Shown piece by piece: positions 19,636 through 28,381 of a DNA stretch of 64,000 nucleotides. The notes below the pieces were generated by a model. It saw only the letters and a program-made list of their open reading frames with translations. It was not told where the DNA came from and searched no databases. The stretch is from Planctomycetota bacterium (GTDB lineage: Bacteria; Planctomycetota; JAJSAM01; JAJVHW01): the NCBI GenBank assembly GCA_965248445.1, contig CBDFJG010000003.1, positions 576,001 through 640,000 on the forward strand, given 5' to 3'. The position numbers and the translations under genes are program-made. Numbering within the stretch: the first letter of the stretch is position 1; every line of letters begins with the position of its first letter.

Positions 19636-20567
19636 CAGCGAGGCGGCGTCTTCTTCGGTGGCGCGAACGCCTTGCGGTCGACGCCGTTGAACGCGACGCG
19701 GCGCAGCCACAGGTCCATCGCCATCTTCGGCTCCTGCTCCGGGATGCGCTGCTCCAGCACGGTGACGCCATGGGGGAAGCGGATCTCGGCGCCGTCCACC
19801 TTCGGGTAGCCGGGCACGTACGTGAGGCGGTAGTGCAGGATCGACGCGCCGCGCTCGATGGGCTCGACCTTGATCGCGTACGGGTCCATCGTGCGCTTGT
19901 CGAGCCACAGCGTGAACGTGAGCGCACCGGTGGCGGTGCGCGGGGGCGTGCGCTTCAGCGCGATACCGGGGTAGTACGGATCTTCGAGCAGCTTCCAGAT
20001 GCTGCCGTCGGTGGTGAGCTTCTTGAGCACGGCGACGTCGATGAGCGCACGGGACAGTCGGCGGTGCTGCTGAATCTCGGCGACGTCGTCAGGATGCGTC
20101 TGCCCGCTGATCGCGGTGAAGGTCTGACCGTCGTGCATCCAGTAGTACGCGCGGGGTCCGAACACGGCCCGCGTGGTGACGCGACCGTTCAGCTCCCACG
20201 GCGTCTTGAGCGAGGGCTCGGACTCGTCGTGGTGCATCCAGTCGATGTCGAGGCGCTCGGCCTCCTCGGTGGCGTAGACGACGGTCCCGTCCTCCTGCTC
20301 GTTGCGCTTCTGCACGATGACGCGGCCGAACTCGAGACGGAACGATGCGAGGCCGCCCACGCGAGCCAGCGCGGCCCCGCCCTGGCGGGCGATGGCCTGA
20401 TTCAGGTATTCGATGGCCTTCTCGTCGCTCTTCTTGGCCGCGGGAACCGGGGCGGTCGCGCCTCCGCCCTCCTGTCCGAGAGCGTTCTCGGTGGGGGACA
20501 CTGTGTTCGCGGCTGCGAACACCAGCACGATCAGGCCGGCGTGGACGAGGGCGCGTGGGATGCTCAC
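19635..20567 (-). CDS. Secreted hypothetical protein (paralog of 18685-19635)
   Basis: AGGAGA RBS before GTG at 20567; signal peptide; shared motifs with the downstream gene. Confidence 0.75.
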   Translation of the reverse strand: MSIPRALVHAGLIVLVFAAANTVSPTENALGQEGGGATAPVPAAKKSDEKAIEYLNQAIARQGGAALARVGGLASFRLEFGRVIVQKRNEQEDGTVVYATEEAERLDIDWMHHDESEPSLKTPWELNGRVTTRAVFGPRAYYWMHDGQTFTAISGQTHPDDVAEIQQHRRLSRALIDVAVLKKLTTDGSIWKLLEDPYYPGIALKRTPPRTATGALTFTLWLDKRTMDPYAIKVEPIERGASILHYRLTYVPGYPKVDGAEIRFPHGVTVLEQRIPEQEPKMAMDLWLRRVAFNGVDRKAFAPPKKTPPR

Positions 20568-20667
20568 GATGCGATCTCCTGAGCCCGTCCGTGGCCGTCT
20601 CGGGCTTGTCCCGAGGCCGGCGTCCGGATACGGACGGCGAGGTGCGCCCCATTCTCGGGGGCTCCGG

Positions 20668-21639
20668 TCACGGAACAGTCGCAAAGTCGGGGCCAGGCGC
20701 CGCGGTGAGCGCGGCAGCGACACGAGCGCCCACGACTTCCGCGGGCTCGTCGGCCGCCACGTCGAGCCAGGTGACGCCCTCGAAGCGCTTGAACCACGTC
20801 ATCTGACGGCGGGCGAGCTGCCAGGTGTGTGCGGTCATCTGCTCGACCGCCGCCGCCAGCGAGGTCTCCGGTTCTGCTGACGCCAGGAGGGGAAGGACCT
20901 CCTTCACGCCGATCGCCTCGCGGGCAGTCGGACCGAGGTCGCCTCCGGCGGACAGTGCCGCCACTTCGTCGACGAGTCCCGCGCCCACCATCCGGTCGAT
21001 CCGGCTCACGATCCGCGCGCGCAAGTCCTCGCGGCTGCGCAGTATCCCGACTGCGCGAAAGGACATCCGCGCTGGCCTGTTCCATTGTCCCTGTGCGTCG
21101 CTGATCGGCAGTCCGGTCGCCGCATACACCTCCAGCGCGCGAAGCAGTCGCTTGTGGTCGTTCGCGTGAATGCGCGCCGCGGCCGCTTGATCGACTTCCG
21201 CGAGACGACGGTGCAGCGCTCCCGGCTCGTCGCGCTCGAGTTGCGACAGACGCTCGCGCAGTTCCGCGTCGGCGGCCGGACCCTCGAACAGACCGTAGAG
21301 CAGCGCTTTCAGGTAGAGCGGCGTCCCGGCTACCACGAGCGGTGCACGGCCGCGAGACCGCACGTCGCGGATGGCCGTATCGGCCAGCGCGATCCAGCGG
21401 GCCGCGTGCAACCGTTCCGCGGGTTCGAGGCAGCCGACCAGGTGATGGGGCACCCGCGCAAGCTGCCCCGGGTCCGGCGCCGCGGCCACGATGCCCAGCC
21501 CGCGGTAGATCTTCACCGAGTCGCAGACGATGAGTTCCGCGTCCAGCGCTTCTGCTGCATGGACTGCCGCCGACCCCTTTCCCGAAGCCGTCGGCCCAAG
21601 GAGGATCAGGAGGGGAGACGGGTCAGAGTCAGTACTCAC
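20668..21639 (-). CDS. miaA: tRNA dimethylallyltransferase
   Basis: GPTASGK, DS.KIYRGL.I, VPHHL, GT.LYLKALL.GL, IHAND.KR..RALEV, AIG.KE, LARRQMTWF. Confidence 0.95.
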   Translation of the reverse strand: MSTDSDPSPLLILLGPTASGKGSAAVHAAEALDAELIVCDSVKIYRGLGIVAAAPDPGQLARVPHHLVGCLEPAERLHAARWIALADTAIRDVRSRGRAPLVVAGTPLYLKALLYGLFEGPAADAELRERLSQLERDEPGALHRRLAEVDQAAAARIHANDHKRLLRALEVYAATGLPISDAQGQWNRPARMSFRAVGILRSREDLRARIVSRIDRMVGAGLVDEVAALSAGGDLGPTAREAIGVKEVLPLLASAEPETSLAAAVEQMTAHTWQLARRQMTWFKRFEGVTWLDVAADEPAEVVGARVAAALTAAPGPDFATVP

Positions 21640-21666
21640 GTCGAAGCGGTTCCCCGTCCAACCGCG

Positions 21667-21728
21667 CCAACAGCGTCAGCTGTTGGGCCAAGAGGAGAGA
21701 GCGCCGTCCCAACATCGTCAGATGTTGG
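21667..21728. repeat. Pair of 20-bp palindromes CCAACA(GC/TC)GTCA(GC/GA)TGTTGG, 42 bp apart
   Basis: ccaacagcgtcagctgttgg at 21667-21686 and ccaacatcgtcagatgttgg at 21709-21728, with a compensatory G-C to T-A change. Confidence 0.85.
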
Positions 21729-21752
21729 ACCAGAAGGAATGAGCTGCACTCC

Positions 21753-21795
21753 CAAACGAACAGGGGCGCACCGCGTGAGCGGTGCGCCCCTGTTT
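21753..21795 (-). terminator. Intrinsic terminator hairpin after the small lipoprotein gene (possibly bidirectional)
   Basis: 16-bp stem aacaggggcgcaccgc/gcggtgcgcccctgtt, 4-nt loop, T-containing tails on both strands. Confidence 0.75.
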
Positions 21796-21811
21796 GGTTG
21801 GTCTGGTCAGC

Positions 21812-22003
21812 TCAGTCGTTGAACGGGTCGTTCTTGTCGTAGTCGAAGAAGTACTTGTTGGTCGCGTCACGCCACTCGTCGGCGGACTTGCCGTAGTGGT
21901 TGATCATCCGGACGTTTTCGTCCCAGTTCGTGAGCGAGAAGCAGCCGCTGAGGCTGAATGCCAGGGCGGCGACCAGGCTTGAGAGGAACAACTTGCGGAT
22001 CAT
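21812..22003 (-). CDS. Small lipoprotein (63 aa)
   Basis: GGAGG RBS; MIRKLFLSSLVAALAFSLSG-C lipobox; aromatic/acidic C-terminus YFFDYDKNDPF; own terminator. Confidence 0.8.
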   Translation of the reverse strand: MIRKLFLSSLVAALAFSLSGCFSLTNWDENVRMINHYGKSADEWRDATNKYFFDYDKNDPFND

Positions 22004-22168
22004 CTGCACCCTCCGGTGGCGACCACCGTTACGTCCTTCCGGAACGGCCTGGAATCCCGGGCCGCACGCCCGCCCTAGCGGACCCGGGGAAGGTAGGTCG
22101 GCGGTGGGGCAGGGTCAACGGAAAAAGCCAAGCCCGCCGGGCTCGATCCGGGAGCGAACACGCGGCCG

Positions 22169-22849
22169 TCAGACAGCCTCGTCCGAGGTCGCCTCGGCCA
22201 CGCCCTCAGCGGGGCAGTAGAGACCCTCTGCGGCCACGTAGTCGGCAACGGGGTCCGGCACGAAGCAGCGGATCGAGCGGCCCTCTGCGACCCGCTGCCG
22301 GATGGCCGTGGACGAGATCGCGTGCCGCGGCGTTGCCAGCCATCGCTGTCTCAACCCGCGGCAGGCCTCTCGCCCCAGCGCTTTCTCGAGGGACTCCCAG
22401 TCGGGGTCCGCAGCCTCCGGGCGCGGAGCCACCGCCACGGGGACGATGCGCAACAACTCGTCGATGCGCCGCCAGGTGGGAAGCAGCGGAACCGAGTCCT
22501 GCCCGATGAGGAGCATCAGTTGCTCGCCGCGGCACGGTCCGGCGAGCAGGGCCTCGACGGTGTCGATCGTGTACGAGACGCCTCCGCGGGTGATCTCGAT
22601 GTCCAGCACGTCGACCCCGGGCAGCTCTTCGGCGACCAACCGGCACATTGCGAGCCGGTGCACGGCGGATGCGTGGGTGCCGTCCTTGTGCGGTGGGTCG
22701 GCGGCCGGAACCAGGCTGACGACGTCGGCCCCGGCCAGGCGGCCCGCCGCGGCGGCGACGGCGGTGTGCCCCGTGTGAACGGGGTCGAAGCTCCCGCCGT
22801 ACAGCAGCCGCCGCAGCGGACGCTCGTCTTCGTGTGCGTCGCCGGTCAT
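22169..22849 (-). CDS. nadD: Nicotinate-nucleotide adenylyltransferase
   Basis: GGSFDPVHTGH, PPHK, SYTIDT, LIGQDS...LP.W, ISSTAIR. Confidence 0.95.
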   Translation of the reverse strand: MTGDAHEDERPLRRLLYGGSFDPVHTGHTAVAAAAGRLAGADVVSLVPAADPPHKDGTHASAVHRLAMCRLVAEELPGVDVLDIEITRGGVSYTIDTVEALLAGPCRGEQLMLLIGQDSVPLLPTWRRIDELLRIVPVAVAPRPEAADPDWESLEKALGREACRGLRQRWLATPRHAISSTAIRQRVAEGRSIRCFVPDPVADYVAAEGLYCPAEGVAEATSDEAV

Positions 22850-23352
22850 CGCCCCGTCAACTCCGCGACGCGCGCGACACTCCCGTCGGGGAACAGCAAC
22901 TCGAGACCGCAACCTTGCGCGGAGTCGAGCAAGCTGATCAGAACGCTCGGAGAGAGCTGCTCCTCGTACGGACGCGGGCTGTGCCAGAGCGTCATCGAGA
23001 AGAGGATCACCGCGGCGAGCAGCCCGGACACGACGCCGAACGTGCCGCCGGTCCAGTCGTCCCACCGGAAGCGGAGCCGCTTGGAGAGCGGGTGCAGGAG
23101 GTAGGCCACGCCCATCAGCATGCAGGCGATGAGCGCGAACAGGGCAGCATGGGTGACCCACAGGAGGTCCTCGGGGCCGAGCGTCGCGATCTTCGAGACG
23201 TAGGGCTCTGCCAGCGGCCGCAGAAGCGTCGTCAGGACCGCAGCGAGTGCCAGGAGGGCGGTCTCGACGACGGACCAGGCAAGGCCCGAGCGCGCACCGT
23301 CCACGACGGCGAGCGCGCAGAGAAGCAGGGCGCCCAGGTCGAACCAACTCAT
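22846..23352 (-). CDS. CvpA family membrane protein
   Basis: M.W.D...L......G.R.G N-terminus, D...GG.FG...G motif, four TM helices. Confidence 0.75.
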   Translation of the reverse strand: MSWFDLGALLLCALAVVDGARSGLAWSVVETALLALAAVLTTLLRPLAEPYVSKIATLGPEDLLWVTHAALFALIACMLMGVAYLLHPLSKRLRFRWDDWTGGTFGVVSGLLAAVILFSMTLWHSPRPYEEQLSPSVLISLLDSAQGCGLELLFPDGSVARVAELTGR

Positions 23353-23424
23353 CGGCGGGAGTCTACCCAAGGCCCAGGGATGAGCCTCGCTCGGCGCGGC
23401 GGAGCAACCCAGCCGGCGGCCCTC

Positions 23425-23555
23425 GCCCGCCGCGCGCTCGCGCGCCGCCCGGCATCGCCTTCGTCAGAAGACAGCACGAGGTGCAAGCAACGATCCGCGT
23501 GGACATGGCCCGCCGCGCGCTCGGGCGCGGCCCGGCATCGTCTTCGTCAGAAGAC
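23425..23555. repeat. Two 48-bp direct repeats (period 83), each ending in a GTCA-loop hairpin
   Basis: 23425-23472 vs 23508-23555 with 3 mismatches; copy 2 forms cgtcttc-gtca-gaagacg. Confidence 0.85.
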
Positions 23556-23561
23556 GAGCCC

Positions 23562-23599
23562 AAAAAGAACAGGGCCCCGGCCGTATGGCCGGGGCCCTG
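23562..23599 (-). terminator. Intrinsic terminator of the HEAT-repeat gene
   Basis: Stem cagggccccggcc/ggccggggccctg followed by TTCTTTTT on the minus strand. Confidence 0.85.
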
Positions 23600-23619
23600 G
23601 GAACCCGTTTCGTTCCGCG

Positions 23620-25695
23620 TTAGAGGATCGTCAGAAGCTCGTTGAGCGAGGGGATCTGACCAATTGCGCGGAAGTTGATGTCGCGAGCGACGCGCGCCAG
23701 AACGGGCACGTCACGGCGATCGCTGATCTGTCCGAGGGCCACCGTCGCCAGGGCGCGGGTGATCTCGGGGAACTTCTTGTCGGCGTCCGCGGAGATGCGG
23801 AGCAGAGGGTCGATCGCGCGCTCGTCGCCGATCTGACCGAGTGCCAGCGCGACGGAACCCAGCACGTACTGGGACTCCTCGCCGGACTCGAGGATCTTGA
23901 CGAGTTCGTCGATGACCGTGGCATCGCCCATGAGGCCGGCCGCGATGGCCGTCCGCACGCGCACGTTGCGGTCGTTGTCGGTGGTGAGCGCCGTGCGGAC
24001 TGCTTCCTTGGCGTTCTGGTCACCGATCATGCCGAGAGCGACAGCGCTGTAGCCCTTGAGCTTGCTGTCGTTGCTCTCCTCGAGCACCTCCGTGAGAGTC
24101 GGCACTGCGAGCTTGTCGCGCACGAGTCCCGACGCGATGGCGTAGGCGCCGCGCGGACGCGGGGCGCCGCCTGCCTCGAACTTCTCGCGCAGGGGCTTCT
24201 TGATGGTCTCTTCAGGCGGGTTGGCCATCGAGCGGCCGATGAGGCCCATGCCGAGAGCGGCGAAGGGCTGCATCAGCGATGCCGGCTTGCCTTCCTTGAG
24301 GTAGTAGCGCAGGGCGCCGACTGCCTCCCCACGCGTCTTGTCGTCGATACCCTCGGTGGCAGCGATACGACCGATCGCGATGAGTGCGAGGTTGCGCTCG
24401 GAAGCGTCCTTGCCGTCCTTCGCGATGGCCTTGAGGTTCTTGATGATCTTGATCTGCTTGCCGCCGTCGCACTGCGGAGCCAGCTGGCCCATCGCGATGG
24501 ACGAAGAGCGGCGCAGGTTGACGTCGTTCTTCTTCGCCTTCTTGCCGACGACGTACGACTCGATCTTGTTGATCACGGCGTACTTGTCCTCGGCGGTGCC
24601 GGGCGCGCCGATCTTGCCGAGCGCCTGGATCACGAAGGACTTCTCGATGCCCTTGAGCTCGACGGCGCCCTTGCGGTTCACCTTGCCGTTCTCGAGCATC
24701 GCGAGGAGGTCGGGGACCATCGACTCGTTGCCGATCATGCCGAGTGCCATGAGGCAGGCCGGCTTGATGTCAGGCTTGGTTTCCTTCTGCGCGAGCACGT
24801 CGATGAGCGTCTCGCTGACGCGGTCATCGGTCGTGGCGCTGGCGGTCTCGGCGTTGTGGCTGCCGAGCAGACCCAGCGAGATCGCGGCGAACGGACGCAC
24901 GTACGACGCGTTCCGATCCTTGTCCCCGACCAGCTCGATCAGGAAGTTGCGGACCTCCTCGGAGTCGTGCTGCAGGAGACCGAACGCCAGGGCGGCGCTC
25001 TCCTCGACGACGCGGTGGTAGTCCTTCTTCTCGTTCAGGGCCATCTTCTTGAGCGTCGGGATGACGGTCTCGTCGCCCATCTTGGCGAGTGCGATCGCAG
25101 ACGCCGACTGGATGTCGAAGTTGAGGTCCTTCATCTCCAGCATCGCCTTCAGGGCCGGCTTGATCTTCTCGTTGATCGCGGCCTCGGTGGCGGACTTGAC
25201 GTTCGACTCCGACTTGCGCCGGCCGAACACGTGCACCGTCGTACCCGACTGCACGCCCGTCTGGGTGCGCTTGACCTCGGACTTCAGCTGAAGGATCTCG
25301 TCCTTGTTGAAGTTCCACCAGAAGGTCCAGTCCTCGAACCCGGGGGCCGCAGCGGCACCGCCGCCACCCACGCCACCCGTGATCGGACCGCCGGCTCCAC
25401 CGCCGGTCGGAGGCGGCGCTCCGCCACCACCGCCCGTCGCGGGGCCACCGCCGCCGCCGGTCGTGGGACCGCCGCCGCCGCCGCCGGTCGTGGGACCGCC
25501 GACGTCGCCGCCGCCGGTGGTGGGTCCGCCGCCGCCTTCGGGCGGGGGAGGAGGATCAGACGGCTCACGGCTGTCCGGGGGCACTTCGCCGGCCGGACCG
25601 CGGTAAGCACCGCCGTGGGCGTACGCATCGCTGATCAGGCCGTCGGTGGCCATGAACAGCGCCGCGCTCGCCAGGGTCATGATGACTAGACGCAT
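23620..25695 (-). CDS. Secreted HEAT/PBS-lyase repeat protein with a Gly/Pro-rich N-terminal linker
   Basis: AGGAGA RBS; signal ending AYA-HGG; GPTTGGGG repeats; W.FWW.FNK motif; many A..ALG..G HEAT-like repeats. Confidence 0.88.
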   Translation of the reverse strand: MRLVIMTLASAALFMATDGLISDAYAHGGAYRGPAGEVPPDSREPSDPPPPPEGGGGPTTGGGDVGGPTTGGGGGGPTTGGGGGPATGGGGGAPPPTGGGAGGPITGGVGGGGAAAAPGFEDWTFWWNFNKDEILQLKSEVKRTQTGVQSGTTVHVFGRRKSESNVKSATEAAINEKIKPALKAMLEMKDLNFDIQSASAIALAKMGDETVIPTLKKMALNEKKDYHRVVEESAALAFGLLQHDSEEVRNFLIELVGDKDRNASYVRPFAAISLGLLGSHNAETASATTDDRVSETLIDVLAQKETKPDIKPACLMALGMIGNESMVPDLLAMLENGKVNRKGAVELKGIEKSFVIQALGKIGAPGTAEDKYAVINKIESYVVGKKAKKNDVNLRRSSSIAMGQLAPQCDGGKQIKIIKNLKAIAKDGKDASERNLALIAIGRIAATEGIDDKTRGEAVGALRYYLKEGKPASLMQPFAALGMGLIGRSMANPPEETIKKPLREKFEAGGAPRPRGAYAIASGLVRDKLAVPTLTEVLEESNDSKLKGYSAVALGMIGDQNAKEAVRTALTTDNDRNVRVRTAIAAGLMGDATVIDELVKILESGEESQYVLGSVALALGQIGDERAIDPLLRISADADKKFPEITRALATVALGQISDRRDVPVLARVARDINFRAIGQIPSLNELLTIL

Positions 25696-25763
25696 CGGTT
25701 CGCTCTCCTTCTGTCCCGGGGATGCGCCCCAGGAGGTCTGCTACGGGTTCCCGAGCTGGACTA

Positions 25764-25791
25764 TGACCGTGCCGAAGTGACCGTGCCGAAG
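25764..25791. repeat. Perfect tandem 14-bp repeat upstream of the HEAT gene
   Basis: tgaccgtgccgaag x2. Confidence 0.8.
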
Positions 25792-26007
25792 TCCGCTCGA
25801 CGGTACTTGTCGCAAGCGAGATGCCACGGCGACGATCCCGTCTCGTCTCGGGGCTCCACACCCAAGTACCTGGATGGTAAGGGGTTAAGCAGTGGGCCAG
25901 CGGTCCCGACCGGTGGACGAGTCGGTGACGGCAGCCGTTCTGGTGTTACCGCACGGGAACGTGCCGGCCTGCGACCACCCGGTCCGCGCACCCGAGCGCC
26001 CCTCGAC

Positions 26008-28251
26008 CTAGAGGTCGCCGCGTTGGTCCTCGAGGTGGACCAGGGCGAAGTGGACGGCGTTCTTCGCACAGCGGCCGCAGTAGCGTCGTCCCTCCGGCCG
26101 GCTCTCTGCGGTCAGGTTCGCCATGGCCCGGTCTGCGAGGACCCGATCGGCGTCCGGCAGGTCGTCGAACGTAGGCGAACCGTGGAGCAGGAGGTGGCGC
26201 TGCGCGCGGGTCACGACCTCACGGCGCTCATCGAAGAAGCTCTGGCGCAGGAGGCGCAGGAGGTCGGGGAACAGCTTCCGGAAGTCCGGAGGCTGCTCAT
26301 CTGGATGGTCCACGGCGTACGCGCCGATCCGTGTGACCAGGTCCGCCCGGTAGTCCGCGACGGCTTCCTGCACCGGGAGGAGCTTCTCGACGGACTCGAG
26401 AAGCGTCGGATCCGGCGGTCCCAGTTCGCCGGTGTTCGGGTCGCGTACGGGGCCGCCCTTCACGATGGCGACGAGATTGACGAAGTAGCGGTCGAAGCGC
26501 CGGTCGTACTCGTTCTCGTGGACCAGTTCGAGGGCGTCCTCGACGTCGCTCAGTATCCAGTTGGCGAGCTGCCGCGTCGCGTCACCGAGGAGCGCCTCGG
26601 CATCGTGATACGGCCCTTCCGCCTCGACCTGCAGGAAGCGGTATCGAGACGGATCCGCGATCGCCTCGCGCGCCTCGTCGACCAGCGCCGAGGGGGTCAG
26701 GCACTCCAAGTTGCGAACGGCGGCACTCGAGAGGATTGACCGGATCTCGCGCACGCTGGCGCCGACGCGGCCCTCGTAGCAGAGGTTGTTCTCGAATTCG
26801 TCCCGGAGTACGGGGACCAGCCGGCGCAGCTCGCGGGCCTCGTCCGCGCTGAGACGGTCCGGCGTGCGGCCGTCCGCGTACAACCACGCCTTCTCGAGCG
26901 GCGTGAGGTCGGACACGATCGTCCGGACCTCGGTCTCGTAGGCCTCCTTGCGGGGCGCCTGCACACGCGTCAGCACGGCGAAGATCGCGCAGAAGTCCGC
27001 TATGTGGGGCGCCACGTGACGGCTGCGCGCGAGCTCCTTGCACACGGCGCGGTAGATCTGCACCTCCTGCCGCATGTTGCGCAGGTAAGGGATCCGCACG
27101 AACGTCATGCGCGCCTGGAACGAAGGGAACTCGGGCATCTGCTTGAAGGCGTCGAGGTGCCTCTCGTTGACCGTCGCGGCGAATGCGATATCGACGTCGA
27201 ACAGTCGGTTTCCGACCGTGACGAAGCCCTTCTCTGTCGTTTGAAGCAGGTACTTCGAGAGTTCGAGATTGCGCTTGAGGAAGTCACTGAATTCCAGCAG
27301 CCCGCGATTGGCGTCCGCCAGATCGCCGAGCACTTCGAAGAGCGGAATCGAGCGGAGGTGGGGGGGCAACCCGGCGGCCGCGGCATCGGTGGATACGATC
27401 CGCAGTTGCGCGTCCGCCGTGCCCTGCGGTTGTGTCACCACCGCCCCGATGCGGTAACGGCGGGAGATGTAGACGCGCTCGACCTGCACGTGCTGGACGA
27501 GCCTGCGCCAGTCCCCCCGATAGGCCGCAAGCAGTGCCTCGTAGACGTTCTTGCAGCGCGGGCAGAGGTTGCCGCCGAGGAAGTGACGGAACGACGCGGA
27601 GCGGTGCTCCGGCGATTGTCCCAGCGCGGCCTCCAGTAGCGCCGGCCGCTCCGAGTCCGGAACCACGAACAGGGGGTTGCAGCGCAATTCACAGACGATT
27701 CGAGCGGCGACGTCGTCGGCTTCGAGCAGTGCGTACGACTCGCCGTCGTCCGGGCGCGCACCGCCGCCGAAACCGAGCGTGGAACCCTCGGCAGGCGTCC
27801 GCGGGAACATCCAGCGCAGCGAGTACGCGGCGCCGGCGTCCGAGTGGCTGTAGACCTCGAGGCCCCACAGCAGCAACTCGATCAAGCTCGACTTGCCCGA
27901 CCCGTTCGGACCGTGCAGGACGATCATCCGGTTCATACGGCCCTGGCGTGCCGCAGCGCTGATCGCGTTCACGATCTGCGCCTGTGCAGCCTCGTGTCCG
28001 ACGAGCCCGGCCGGATCGTCGGCCTGTCCGTCGAACACGCGGTAACGCGTGGCGGTGCCACCGATGGTCTCGACCTCGCGGGTCCCGAACGACGTGACGG
28101 CATCGCTGAGGTACTGCGCGGCATTGCGGGCGAGCGGGTAGGGGTTCTCCGCAAACGCGTCCAGCAGTTCGTCGAAGGTGAGCAGCCGGCGGCCCTCGTC
28201 GTACCGGCGAGCGACGTTCTCGGCGACGCGTTCGAAGGAGGAGGAACTCAT
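26008..28251 (-). CDS. PrkA/YeaG-family AAA+ ATPase / serine protein kinase
   Basis: LHGPNGSGKS Walker A, G.L..ANRGLLEFSD.LKR, F..R...V..PY, HVAPH, A.FAVLTR, EG..G.S.RE. Confidence 0.88.
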   Translation of the reverse strand: MSSSSFERVAENVARRYDEGRRLLTFDELLDAFAENPYPLARNAAQYLSDAVTSFGTREVETIGGTATRYRVFDGQADDPAGLVGHEAAQAQIVNAISAAARQGRMNRMIVLHGPNGSGKSSLIELLLWGLEVYSHSDAGAAYSLRWMFPRTPAEGSTLGFGGGARPDDGESYALLEADDVAARIVCELRCNPLFVVPDSERPALLEAALGQSPEHRSASFRHFLGGNLCPRCKNVYEALLAAYRGDWRRLVQHVQVERVYISRRYRIGAVVTQPQGTADAQLRIVSTDAAAAGLPPHLRSIPLFEVLGDLADANRGLLEFSDFLKRNLELSKYLLQTTEKGFVTVGNRLFDVDIAFAATVNERHLDAFKQMPEFPSFQARMTFVRIPYLRNMRQEVQIYRAVCKELARSRHVAPHIADFCAIFAVLTRVQAPRKEAYETEVRTIVSDLTPLEKAWLYADGRTPDRLSADEARELRRLVPVLRDEFENNLCYEGRVGASVREIRSILSSAAVRNLECLTPSALVDEAREAIADPSRYRFLQVEAEGPYHDAEALLGDATRQLANWILSDVEDALELVHENEYDRRFDRYFVNLVAIVKGGPVRDPNTGELGPPDPTLLESVEKLLPVQEAVADYRADLVTRIGAYAVDHPDEQPPDFRKLFPDLLRLLRQSFFDERREVVTRAQRHLLLHGSPTFDDLPDADRVLADRAMANLTAESRPEGRRYCGRCAKNAVHFALVHLEDQRGDL

Positions 28252-28381
28252 GAGCCCATGCTACCTGGGCGCGGTGCCGCGGCCCCCGCTGGTCGGCGAA
28301 CCGATCCCGAGGCTGGCACAGGCTCGGCCGGGACTTCAGCCGGGCACCGTGTCCTCCCGATGGGGAACCGAGGGAGAACCC

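Noticed and set aside
23425..23555. Possible mini-CRISPR (48-bp repeats with a 35-bp spacer)
   Set aside because: Only two imperfect copies, no cas genes and no AT-rich leader; fits a REP-like repeat better.
22834..25689. 951-aa plus-strand ORF and many other long overlapping ORFs (e.g. 3526-5673, 44683-46581, 33749-35302)
   Set aside because: Antisense or alternate-frame shadows of clear genes, expected in GC-rich DNA with few stop codons; no recognisable motifs.
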